DNA from: Octopus sinensis
Taxonomy: Eukaryota
DNA length: 57,487 nucleotides
Assembly: GCF_006345805.1 (NCBI RefSeq)
Contig: NW_021833622.1
Location: forward strand, 1-57,487
Direction: 5' to 3'
This document shows positions 12,301 through 23,883 of this stretch, piece by piece; the stretch's first letter is position 1, and the number at the start of each line of letters is the position of its first letter. The notes under the pieces were generated by a model. It was not told the DNA's origin, did no database searches, and saw only the letters and a list, made by a program, of their open reading frames with translations. Position numbers and translations under genes: made by a program.

Positions 12301-12400
12301 CCACAGAACTGACTTTCTTATTGAGGTGACGAGTGTCATGTATAACTCCTAATCAATATACAACAAATACTGTACATTTGTATCAATAATTAAAACCTGT
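9360..12400 (+). mobile_element. Decayed Ty3/Gypsy LTR retrotransposon internal region (gag Zn knuckle, protease, RT, RNase H, integrase); no LTRs recognised
   Basis: CKNCGNKDHYAKVC (CX2CX4HX4C, 9639-9680); VSLNG..NMGAPCSII protease-like; YPLPQIETMF; AYQDNIIV; LMTDAS..GAAILSQ; HDTHLG..WWPNM; HMDWAF; SDNTPEF; YHPQSNGQAKR. Confidence 0.9.
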
Positions 12401-12639
12401 CAGTCACATGCCATGCATGAGTTTTAAGTGAACTTGGTCTGTTTTTTTTCTATATATTACAATTAAATTAAAAGGGCTCACACAGCAGATTCCATCTCTA
12501 CAGGATTATGGTTGATGTTGATGCTGCTTCTCATACATTCTACTATTGGTTATGTTCCTGCTATGGCGAGATAGAAAATTGCAGTTTACATGTGTGTGTG
12601 CGTGTGTGTGTATGTCTATATATATATGTACATATAGAG

Positions 12640-13344
12640 ATCATCATCATAATTTAGCATCTGTTGTCCATGCTGGCATGGGTTGGATGGTTTGACCAGG
12701 GCTGGCAAGCTGGAAGGCTGCACTAGACTCCAGACTGATCTGGCATGGTTTCTACAACCACTGAGAGTATAATGGGTGTTTTTACGTGCCACCAGCACGG
12801 GTGCCATTTCGATGACACCGGTATCTGCCATGACTGCGATTTTACTTGGCCTCATGGGTCTTCTTCAAACATAACATAGTGCCAAAGGTCTCAATCATTG
12901 CCTCCATGAGGCTCAACACTCAAAAGATTTTCACGTTCCTCCGGCAACAGCCACATTGCCTATGTGAAGCACAATGCTTGAATGGTACTTTTTACATGCC
13001 AGCTATGCAACACGAGCATCAGCCATGACGGCAATTTCACTTCACTTGACGGGTCTTCTCAAGCACAGCATATTGTCAAGAGTCTTGGTCACTAGTCATT
13101 GCCTCTGTGAGGTCCAAAGTTCGAAGATCATGCTTCACCAGCTTATCCCATGTCTTCCTGGATCTACCTCAACCACAGGCTCCCTCCACAATTAGAGATT
13201 GGCACTTCTTTACACAACTGTCTTTGTCTATATGCATCACATGACCATACCAGCCTCTTATGCCTAACTTTTCCCTCAAGATGCTTACACCGTCAAACAT
13301 GCACACTGACATTGCACATCCAGTGAAGCATACTAGCTTCATTC
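12640..13344 (-). mobile_element. 5'-truncated RTE LINE (subfamily with duplicated ORF-end module)
   Basis: (ATC)n tail, CCATGCTGGCATGG hairpin, ORF C-terminal homology; adjacent to a TA microsatellite. Confidence 0.85.
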
Positions 13345-13758
13345 AAATGTATATAAATGTGTTGAAAGACGCTTCTTCATTTCATTTTTAACTTCTGTGG
13401 TAACTTTACATTTATATACTATATTTTTCAATTGACATCAATTTTTAACCATACAGCTATGTATATTTTTACAATCACATGTTTTATAAGAATAATCATT
13501 TATATTAGTTGAGGAAGAGGCCTTACATGTAAGTGGTTTCTGATCGTTCTTAATATTATGTTTATTAATGAAATACCTAGTTGTATTACTACTAATATCT
13601 TCTACATTGGCCCTGGGAAGTTATTATTAACACATTCTCTATTTGAATAATATAAATCTTATTTTTTATTATTTACAGAAGCTATAATAGTAGCTTCTGT
13701 TAAACTATATCCTATAATATAGTTAAACTATATCCTATCATTATTTTTTTATTGTTAA

Positions 13759-14255
13759 CTAGCAGTATAGCCCGGCTTTGCTCGGGATTAAGTTAGGATT
13801 ATTAAGCTAATCAAGCTCTTTATTTCAAACCAAACTAAATAACGTCGATGTCAAATTTGAGTGAAATCTGTTGAAATTGGTCAACTTTTGGCTGAAAATG
13901 AATTGCAGACAATTTGATTGGGAGATCCCATAAGGAATTGGTTTATCGATTTTTTTCTACTCATCGATTTTTTTTTTCGTTTTTGGAGAACTTAAAGCAT
14001 TCAAAGATCCCATGATTCCTAAGTAATGCTGGCATCAAGTTTGAACAAAATACATCAAAATTAGTAAAAGTTATGGTTGAAAATGGGGGGTAGCCAATTT
14101 TAGTGGGAAGTCCTATAAGGAATCGGTTCATCGATTTTTTTTTTTTTATCCTGCTTAAATAGAAAACCCCATAAGGAATCAGTTTATTGATTTTTCACTC
14201 CAAATAGAACTTAACTGAACACAACATTACTGATTCAAAAACATCTATATTTATA
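13759..14255 (-). mobile_element. Non-autonomous Helitron-like element (3' hairpin plus CTAG); 5' boundary uncertain
   Basis: Minus strand ends CCCGAGCAAAGCCGGGCTATACTGCTAG|T, the same terminus family as 49790-49818. Three internal CC(C/T)ATAAGGAAT..GTT(T/C)AT(C/T)GATTTTT repeats. Confidence 0.6.
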
Positions 14256-14499
14256 CTTTAAAGTTGGTTTTCATACCCAACCCAGTTCTGCAGAATCCGT
14301 GTCGTGATGGGAGCACATGAGTTGGGAGTTTGATCGGCAGAGGTGATTAGGTTACATATGCCAACCCTTTTGAAAACACTACCCCATCATGTAACCCTCC
14401 TTTGCCCATGGGTTGGGAACCCTTCCAGCAAGGAAAATAGAACGTGTAAAAGGGCCCCCAATCCTCTGTGAGAAGCGGTTATGTTCAGATCACAACTAA

Positions 14500-14539
<40 letters not shown>

Positions 14540-14651
14540 GGGCAACACACACACAAACATATATGTACATACACCTATTGCATTCATGCTTTTTGTACGC
14601 CCTTGCCTCTATCCCACCCACCCCTACCCAAGTATTACCATCAATTGAAGC

Positions 14652-15007
14652 AAATTTGGCACCCAGACATAAGTTTTTTAAGAGGAATAGTGAGGGCTAC
14701 CTTCCCCCACAGAGATGTGAGAGTCAGATCTCTCCTTTTGAAAACATGAACAGTTTCGAAACATTGTTTACAAAATACAAATTTGGCACCCAGACATAAG
14801 TTTTGTAAGAGGAATAGAGAGACCTACCTTCTCCCACAGAGATGTGAGAGTCAGATCCCTCCTTTCAAAAACACGAACAGTTTCAAAACATTGTTTACAA
14901 AATACAAATTTGGCACCCGGACGTAAGTTTTGTAAGAGGAATAGAGAGACCTACCTTCTCCCACAGGGATATGAGAGTCAGATCTCTCCTTTCGAAAACA
15001 TGAACAG
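14652..15007. repeat. 127-bp tandem repeat, about 2.8 units
   Basis: AAATTTGGCACCC starts at 14652, 14779, 14906; units highly similar. Confidence 0.9.
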
Positions 15008-15089
15008 GTATTCAGGCTTCGATATTCACCTCTTTATGTAAGTTACCATTTGTTTTCATATACATGTCTGTAATACTATTTGAAAAGAG

Positions 15090-15430
15090 CCTGTCGTAAA
15101 GGTTATATTCTACAGCATATAAGTATATTTTGTTTTATTGGACTTCATGAAAATTTTGTCTGAATTCCTAATATTTTTAATCTTGATGTTCATAGTTCTC
15201 TGAAGCTCATTACTAATTTTATGTAATCTAATCTTTCTAATAAGTTCGATCAGGTCCCTTTTGAAAGGTTCTAAATCCAAGATTGGAGGTGGGTGTTTTT
15301 GGAGAGACTCACATCTCTTTCTCACAAGGATAAAAATATGAATCTTCTAGATCCAATTTTTCTGCTATATTCTTTCCCAAGTTCCTTGTATTACAGTTTC
15401 TACTTCCTGCACTGAAGAGTATGTTGATAT
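15090..15430 (-). mobile_element. Penelope-like element, pre-RT N-terminal region remnant
   Basis: SLQKHPPPILDLEPFKRDLIELIRKIRL..NELQ..IKNIRNSDKIFMKSNKTKYTY resembles the PLE PP..L..FE.DL..LI..I.F..N.FQ..ADKT.N.Y segment (recalled motif). Confidence 0.55.
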
Positions 15431-15602
15431 TTAATTAATATAATTTAATTCAATCATGAATATACATTATTATATCTCTGTATGAAACAATAGTCTGCAA
15501 GAAATAAACTTCTTATATATTTTAACAACTTGGCTCCGTCATTTTTAACTAAACTGATGAGTTTTATGGGCCGCCATTCCATAAATTCACCATACATTAT
15601 AT

Positions 15603-17843
15603 ATCATTATCGTTTAACGTCCGTTTTCCATGCTGGCATGGGTTTGACGGTTTCACTGAGGACTGGAGAGCCAGATGGCTGCACCAGGTTCCAATCTGAG
15701 CTGGCAGAGTTTCTACAGCCGGATGCCCTTCCTAACACCAACAACTCCAAGAGTGTAGTGGGTGCTTTTACGTGCCACTGGCACTAGGGCCAGTCAGGCA
15801 GTACTGGCAATGGCCATGCTCAAATGGTGTTTTTTACATGCCACCTGCAAAGGAGCAAGTCCAGTGGCACTGGCAACAACCTTACTCGAATGTTGTCTTT
15901 CAATTGCCACAAGCAGAAGTGCCAGTAATGCGATGCTGGTAACGATCACACTCGAATGGTGCTTTTTACATGCCACCAGCACGGGAGTCAGTCAGCAGCC
16001 CTGGCAACGATCACGTTTGGATGGTGCTCTTAGCGCTCCACTAGCATGGATGCCAGTCAAGTGGTGCTGTCATCAAATTTGATTTCGATTTCGCTTGCCT
16101 CAACAAGTCTTTCCAAGGAGAGTTTAGTGTCCAATGAAAAAGAGGTAAGTATAAGTGGGCTGGTTACACCCCTGGCATAGGTCACGGGTTATTGTTTCAC
16201 TTGGCTTGCCGGGTCTTCTCAAGTACAGCATATTTCCAAAGGTCTCGGTCACTAGTTATTGCCTTGGTGAGGCCTAATGCTCGAAGGTTGTGTTTTACCA
16301 CCTCATCCCAGATCTTCCTGCGTCTACCTATTCCACAGGTTCCCTCAACCACTAGGGTGTGACACTTTTTCACACAGCTATCCTCATCCATTCTCACCAC
16401 ATGACCATACCAGCACAGTCATCTGGCTTGCACACCACATCTGATGCTTCTAAGATCCAACTTTTCTCTCAAAGCACTTACACTCTGTCAAGTATGCACA
16501 CTGACATTACACATCTAGCGGAGCATACTGGCTTCATTCCTTGCAAGCTTACACATGCTCTCAGCAGTCACGGCCAATGTTTCACTGCCATATAGCATGG
16601 CTGTTTGTACACATGCGTCATACAGTCTACTTTTTACTACAAGTGAAAGGCCCTTTATTACCAGCAGAGGTAGGAGCTCTCTGAACTTTGCACAGGTTAT
16701 TCTTATTCTAGCAGTTACACTTTCAGAGCACCTACTCCAGCTACTGACTTGATCACCTAGGTAATGGAAGCTATCAACTACTTCTAGTTTTTGTCCTTGG
16801 AATGTGATGGAAGCTGTTATCTGCACATTTTCAGTTTTTGTTGCTCCTGAGCATCTGCCACATACAAAAACTATCTTCCCAGTTAACTTTCGTTTGATAT
16901 TACTGCACCTCTTATGTGTCCATAGCTTACCCTGGGTAAATCTTATAGAGTTTCTACCTACGCCTTTTCTACAGATCGAGCAGGGCCATCTACCTGAAGG
17001 GATTTGTGGTTTGTCTGCCTTCCTACTTATTAGGAATCTGGTTTTAGCTACGTTAACTCTAAAGCCTTTCGATTCTAATCCCTGCTTCCACACCTGAAAC
17101 TCCTCCTTTAGTTCTGATAGTGACTCAGCTATTAGAGCAAGGTCATCGACATAGAGAAGCTCCCAGATGAATACTGTCTTGAATTCCACATTTATTGCCT
17201 GGAGGACTATGATAAATAGGAGGGGGCTGAGGACTGAACCTTGGAGCCCTACCCCTACCCGGAATTCTTCACTGTACTCATTGCCAACCTTCGTCTTACT
17301 GACATCATCCCTGTACATGGCTTGCACAGCTCTCACTAATCACTCATCTACCCCTAGTTTCCTCATTGACCACCAGATAAAGGATCGGGAGACCCTGTCA
17401 AAGGCTTTCTCCGTGTCAACGAAAGCCAGGTACAGAGGTTTAACTTTGGCTAGGTATTTCTCCTGCAGTTGTTTTACCAGAAATATAGCATCAGTGGTGC
17501 TTTTCCCTGCCATGGACCCAAACTACATCTCATCTAAACTGACTCTCTCCCTAATTAGTTGGGTTATGACCCTCTCCGTCACCTTCATTACCTGATCCAA
17601 CAACTTGATACCTCTGTAATTATTAGTATCTAAAGCGTCAGTTTTACCTTTGTAGCATTTGACTATGGCGCCGCTACACCGGTCATTGGGTATGATTCCT
17701 TCATGTATCACCTGGTTAGCTATACGGGTGACTAGGCTATAGCCGACACCACCAGATATTTTGAGCATCTCTGCAGTGATTCCTGATGGGCTGGGGTCTT
17801 TCCCTGTCTTCATTCTCTTTTTTATCTACCAAGGCACTGTCAA
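15603..17843 (-). mobile_element. 5'-truncated RTE LINE (RT, PHD-like finger, 3'UTR with about 5 tandem units)
   Basis: ORF fragments YRGIKLLDQVMKV, QGSVLSPLLF, LLYVDDLAL, WPCSICRKGVGRNSI; (GAT)n tail; 5' end abuts (TA)n. Confidence 0.92.
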
Positions 17844-17895
17844 TATATATGTATATATATATATATTATATATATATACATATATATATATATAG

Positions 17896-17953
<58 letters not shown>

Positions 17954-18029
17954 GATATATATATATATACAATATATATATATATATATACTATATATAT
18001 ATATATTATATATATATACATATATATAC

Positions 18030-18060
<31 letters not shown>

Positions 18061-18336
18061 CATTATATACATATATATATACATATATATACATATATAT
18101 ACATATATATATACATATATATATACATATATATATATATATAATACATATATATATACATATATATATTATATATATATATAATACATATATATATAAT
18201 ATATACATATATATATTATATATATATATTACATATATATATAATATATATATAATATAATATATATATACATATATATATACATATATATACATATATA
18301 TATACATATATATACATATATATACATAATATACAC

Positions 18337-18398
<62 letters not shown>

Positions 18399-18415
18399 CA
18401 TATATATATATATAT
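17844..18415. repeat. (TA)n-rich complex microsatellite
   Basis: About 570 bp of TA with TACA/TAA interruptions. Confidence 0.95.
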
Positions 18416-18570
18416 AAAGAGAAAAAAATCTATCAGAAAGGAACTCTATCTCTCTTAAAAAATATCTTTTGATAAGCATAACAAATGCGCAACTGGTAAA
18501 AAGAACTTTCACCTAATTAAATACACTCTCCCTTACTTAAATTATTTTGTCAGCATTTTCTTCATTTCCT

Positions 18571-18620
<50 letters not shown>

Positions 18621-18651
18621 TATATATATAAATATATGTATATATTATACA

Positions 18652-18715
18652 TATTCTTTTACTTGTTTCAGTCATCTGGACTGTGGCCATCCTGGAGCAC
18701 CGCCTTTAATCGAAC
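18652..18715 (-). mobile_element. SINE 3' tail fragment
   Basis: Reverse complement GGCGGTGCTCCAGGATGGCCACAGTCCAGATGACTGAAACAAGTAAAAG matches the SINE tail at 39243-39295. Confidence 0.8.
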
Positions 18716-19394
18716 ATATACAAATATATATATATATATATGCATAAAATGGAGAAAACTTTTGATCAACAAACTAACCAACATCGATTAATTATTTTTC
18801 AATACACAACATAACATTTCTTACAGTTGTTTTGGTTGTCAATGTGAATCGGTACTTACAAAGAAAATTCTAAAAATAATCACCATCTTTATAGCACATT
18901 TGATCTAGTAAAATGGAGCTTCATCAGAGTGAATACAAATACATACATGAAATAAAATACACAAATGGAAGAGGAAAGAACAGGGCCTCGTGGTGAGTTT
19001 AAAGTTAGACAAAATTCCATGTGGAAGGCTGGCTGGATTGTAAAACATTAATTCAAATGCCTTTGTATTATGAGCGTGAACATTAACTATTCAATTGCAT
19101 TTCAATTATAATTAAAAAAAACAAAAAAAAATTTTAATGGACAAAATAATTAATTAAGTGTAATCTACAACTATTGAAATATATTTCTATATATCTCAAA
19201 AAATATTAATCTAAACTCGTTTATGTCTCAGAGAATCTTTCGCTATTATACGACACTATGTGAATATAATTAAGTAACATACAACAATATGTGAATATAA
19301 TTAAGCATCAGGGTTTTACTTTATCTAGAACTGTAATAAAACATGTAAAAAAATATAAATGATAACTATATCACAAATAATATGGATCTCATCC

Positions 19395-21780
19395 ATAATG
19401 TGAAAGTGACACCGACGCTACTCTCGGATCACAACAATGTATGGGCCAAAGGAAAGCATGGACATTCAGTCTACAAGAAACTCTCAGAATCTTTCCACCT
19501 TGGACTTCCATAAGGCAAACTGGAAACAAATTGAGAAAGAAATCCTCAAACAAAACTGGCCTGAATGTCTATCCTTGCCAGACATCGACATGAAACTTCA
19601 ACAATTCATGTCTGTAATGCAAGCCATATGCTACAAATGTGTCCCAGAGAGAAAGGCTACTGTACACAAGAACAAAATCCCCAGAGAGAGGAAAATTCTA
19701 ATGAGACGGCGTACAAAACTTTCAAATCGCCTAAACAAATGAATTGAAAGCAGTGAAAAGTCCTCCCTGAAAATAAAACTGTTGGAAATTGAAAAATGTC
19801 TGCAACTCTCCCATGAAAAAGAAAGAGCAGACAAAGAAGCCTGGGCTATAGACAACATAAAATCTAACCCCAGAGCTTTCTACAGGTATGCCAAAGAAAC
19901 AGCTACAGTGCACTGTAGAATAGGGCCACTCCTTGAAACGGATGGCACACTCACAGGAAAACCAATGAGGATAAGTGAAATACTAAATGAACAATTCAAG
20001 AGTATTTTCACACCACCCCTAGGGCATTTTCAAGTCAGCAATCCAACTGACTTCTTTACCACTGCAGATATAAAATCAGAGGCAGCGACAATAGATTACA
20101 TCGATATAAAGGAAGACGATGTAATAAAGGCTATAGATGAAATGAAAACAGACTCAGCTACTGGCCCCGATGGATTCCCGGCAATCCTCCTAAAAGTATG
20201 TAAGAGAGTCCTAGCAAGACCACTGCAGTTCCTCTTTCAGAGCTTCCTTGCAACTGGCAAACTTCCAAGAAAACTGAAGGAAGGTAAAATATGCCCTATT
20301 CATAAAGGAGGTAGCAGAGCGGAGGCCAAGAACTACAGACCTATCTCTCTGACCTCACACATCAGCAAGGTCATGGAACGAATAGTCAAAAGGAAACTAA
20401 TCACCTTCCTTGAAGAAATTGACTTGCTGCCCAACACCCAACATGATTTCCAACCAGGAAGAAGCTGCTTAACTCAGCTCTTACAACACTATGACTGGGT
20501 GCTGAAACGACTGCTCAACCACTCAAATGTGGAAGTCATATATCTCGACTTTGCAAAGGCCTTTGATAAAGTCGATCATGGAATGATATGTCACAAACTG
20601 CGTGATCTTGGCATAGTTGGACAATTCAGAGAATGGCTTCATGACTTTGTGAAGGATAGAAGTCAGGTGGTAGTAGCCAATGGGGCCACTTCCATTAACA
20701 CGCAAATAGTGAGCGGTGTTCCGCAAGGCACTGTTTTGGGACCACTACTGTTCATAATGGCCCTCTCAGACATGCCCTTAGCCATGCAGAGAGCCACAAT
20801 CACAAGATATGCAGATGATACAAAAGTTTCACAGGCAATACAGAACCCTGAAGACACTATGCACCTGCAATGTGAGCTGGACAAAATATACAAGTGAGCT
20901 AAAAAGAATAGCATGCAGTTCAATGCTGAAAAGTTTCAAGCTTTATGCTATCAGCATACAAAACTAATAAATACACTGGACCTGGAGGGATTGCAATCCA
21001 AGAGGCACAATCAGTGCGAGACCTGGGTATTTACATGAGTGATGATGCAACTTTCATGTGCATGTTGCTAAATTGGCAATGAAATGTAGGCGGCTGACCG
21101 GATGGATTCTGAGAACCTTTAGAACAAGAGACCAGGAAACCATGATGGTCCTCTGGAGGACACTTGTCCTAAGCCACTTTGACTATTGCTCACAGCTATG
21201 GTCACCATCCAGTGTCAAGTTAATCACAGAACTTGAGGCAATCCAATGAAGCTACACGAAGAAGATAGCCTCTGTGCAGCATATAAGCTATTGGGAAAGA
21301 CTCAAGAGATTGAGACTCTATTCCTTAGAGCGTAGGCGAGAAAGATATGCCATAATATACATCTGGAAGATCCTAGAAGGACTTGTCCCACACTTTGGCA
21401 TCGAGAGTTACAAAAATACTAGAACTGGGTGCCAAGGACTCCAAATTTGCCATCAAGATGTAGGACAAGATACTGTGATAGCCTGGGCTTCAGAGGTCCA
21501 CAGCTCTTCAATATCCTCCCGAAGGACCTGAGAGACCTGCATGGGGTGGATGCAGATGTCTTTAAAATAAAACTGGATCTCTTCCTGTCAGGTGTCCCAG
21601 ATGAACCAATTTTACGGCAGGAGGTGCAGTGAGGGCAGCTGCATCGAACTCTCTCATGCACCAAATGGCAATTGCTAAAAAGCATTCGTGAAGTAAAATC
21701 ATGTAGCAACACCAAATGGCGGTGCCCCAGCATGGCCACAGCTCATGAGCTGAAACTAGATAAAATAAAAAATAAAATAA
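19395..21780 (+). mobile_element. 5'-truncated CR1/L2-group LINE (APE C-terminus, RT, C-terminal domain, (TAAAA)n tail); premature stops and frameshifts
   Basis: SDHN (APE end); IKSNPRAFYRYAK, NYRPISLTS, YLDFAKAFDKVDH, SGVPQGTVLGPLLF, YADDTK, YSLERRRERY; in-frame stops at 19740 and 20895. Confidence 0.9.
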
Positions 21781-22431
21781 ATATCTTTAATGTATAATAA
21801 CTCTTCTATTTATTTAAAGCTGCTGATTGATATAAATAAATATTGTTTAAAGTAACTAATAGGAATGTTCTATAATTATTGTTTATCAGAGGGATAATTC
21901 CGTAATAAATATGAATAGAAACGCAATAAAAAAAATTTTCTTTTGTTTACTTAATTTATTGTAGGAAGAATTCCATAATAAATATGAAGATAAACTTATG
22001 GCTGTGAACACTATAACTTAAATACTCCATTGATGCAGAGTTAGGCTATAATAATGGATACCAACATATTACTAGTTTTTTAGAAGTAACCAGATTTAGA
22101 TTTACTTAAACAAGGTTTATTAATCGAAGGCAGAACTCAGTAAATAAGTAAAAATTAAGTAATATCACAAAACAAGTATTAAGGATTGCTCATGATAAAA
22201 TAATTAATATATTATTTTAAAATTAAATTACTATAAATAGTCTATATACAAATTTTATTAATTTTTCCAGAATTCACATTGTTGTAATAAGAATACAAGT
22301 TATAAACCATACAATACATATTTTAGTTATTAGATTTATTTATTATAAAGTGAAATACAACTATTTATCTATTATTATCATTATTATAATAATCATCAAT
22401 TAATTAATAAATAAAATGAATGTATTTATAC

Positions 22432-22634
22432 ATATCTCTTTTACTCATTTCAGTCATTTGACTGTAGCCATGCTGGAGCATTGCCTTTAGGCGAGCAAAT
22501 CAACCCCAGAACTTATTCTATCAGTCTCTTTTGCCGAACCACTAAGTTATGGGGACGTAAACACACCAGCACCAGTTGTCAAGTGATGTTGGAGTGACAA
22601 ACACACACACATATATATAAATATATATATATAT

Positions 22635-22667
<33 letters not shown>

Positions 22668-22810
22668 TGACAGGTTTCTTTCAGTTTCCGTCTACCAAGT
22701 CCACTCACAAGGCTTTGGTCAGCCCAAGGCTATACTAGAAAGCACTTGCCAAAAGTGCCACGCAGCATGTGGCTGGTAAGCAAGCTACTTACCACACACC
22801 CACTCCTGTG
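22432..22810 (-). mobile_element. tRNA-derived SINE (B-box region deleted)
   Basis: Homologous to 38903-39295 and 39388-39774; internal CA/TA microsatellite; LINE-like tail. Confidence 0.85.
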
Positions 22811-23159
22811 ATATGCAATTAATATTAATACTAATATAATGATGTATATAACAGTCACTACAAGAATAACATTAAAAGGAATCAAATTCAGAATTAATCC
22901 ACTGACAATTTTCCAAATTCAATATCATAATAAAGATTAAGATGACAAAACTTAAAGATATGCTTATATATATATATATATATATAAATCATCATCATCA
23001 TCATCATCATCATCGTTTAGCGTCCGCTTTCCATGCTAGCATGGGTTGGACGGCTCAACTGGGGTCTGTGAAGCTGGAAGGCTTCGTCAGGCCCAGTCAG
23101 ATCTGGCAGTGTTTCTACGGCTGGATGCCCTTCCTAACGCCAACCACTCCGCGAGTGTA

Positions 23160-23835
23160 GTGGGTGTTTTTTACGTGCCACCTGCACAGGTGCCAGACAG
23201 AGCTGGCGAACGGCCACGAACGGATGGTGCTTTTACGTGTCACCGGCACGGGGCCAGGCGATGCTGGCAACGGACACGAACAGATGGTGCTTTTACGTGC
23301 CACCGACACAGGGCCAGACAGAGCTGGCAACCGGCCACAAACGGACAGTGCTTTTACGTGTCACCGGCACGGGGGCCAGCCGAGGCTGGCAACGGACGCG
23401 AACGGATGGTGCTTTTACGTGCCACCGACACGGTTGCCAGACAGAGCTGGCAAACAGCCACGAGCGGACGGTGCTTTTACGTGTCACCGGCACGGGGGCC
23501 AGCCGAGGCTGGCAACGGACACGGACGGATGGTGCTTTTACGTGCCACCGACACGGGGCCAGACAGAGCTGGCAACCGGCCACGAATGGATGGTGCTTTT
23601 ACGTGCCACCGACACGGGGCCAGACAGAGCTGGCAAACGGCCACAAACGGACGGTGCTTTTACGTGTCACCAGCACGGGGCCAGGCGAGGCTGGCAACGA
23701 ACACGAACGGATGGTGCTTTTACGTGCCACCGACACGGGGCCAGGCAGAGCTGGCAAACGGCCATGAGCGAATGGTGCTTTTACGTATCACCGGCACGGG
23801 TGCCAGACGAGGCTGACAGCGGACACGAACGGATG
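23160..23835. repeat. 11-unit, 60-62-bp tandem array in the RTE 3'UTR
   Basis: TTACGT core at 23171, 23233, 23293, 23354, 23415, 23477, 23538, 23599, 23660, 23720, 23781. Confidence 0.95.
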
Positions 23836-23883
23836 GGTCACTTAACCCCTGCTTTCTGATATATGATTTGATTTTGATTGTTC

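Noticed and set aside
14319-14348. ATGAGTTGG (MSW) resembling the FNBP1 first exon
   Set aside because: Wrong strand and position relative to the F-BAR exon, and the following residues do not match.
23010-23160. HDV-like or twister ribozyme in the conserved RTE 3' end
   Set aside because: Hairpins are present (CCATGCTAGCATGG, CACTC/GAGTG), but I could not build the nested double pseudoknot or find catalytic consensus residues; a LINE 3' recognition stem-loop is the simpler explanation.
23160-23835. CRISPR-like appearance of regularly spaced GGTGCTTTTACGTG repeats
   Set aside because: The intervening sequences are homologous to each other (two alternating types), there are no cas genes, and the array lies in a eukaryotic LINE 3'UTR.
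23046-23859. Long ORFs (256, 231, 176 aa) across the tandem array
   Set aside because: By-product of a GC-rich stop-poor repeat, antisense to the element; no domain recognised.
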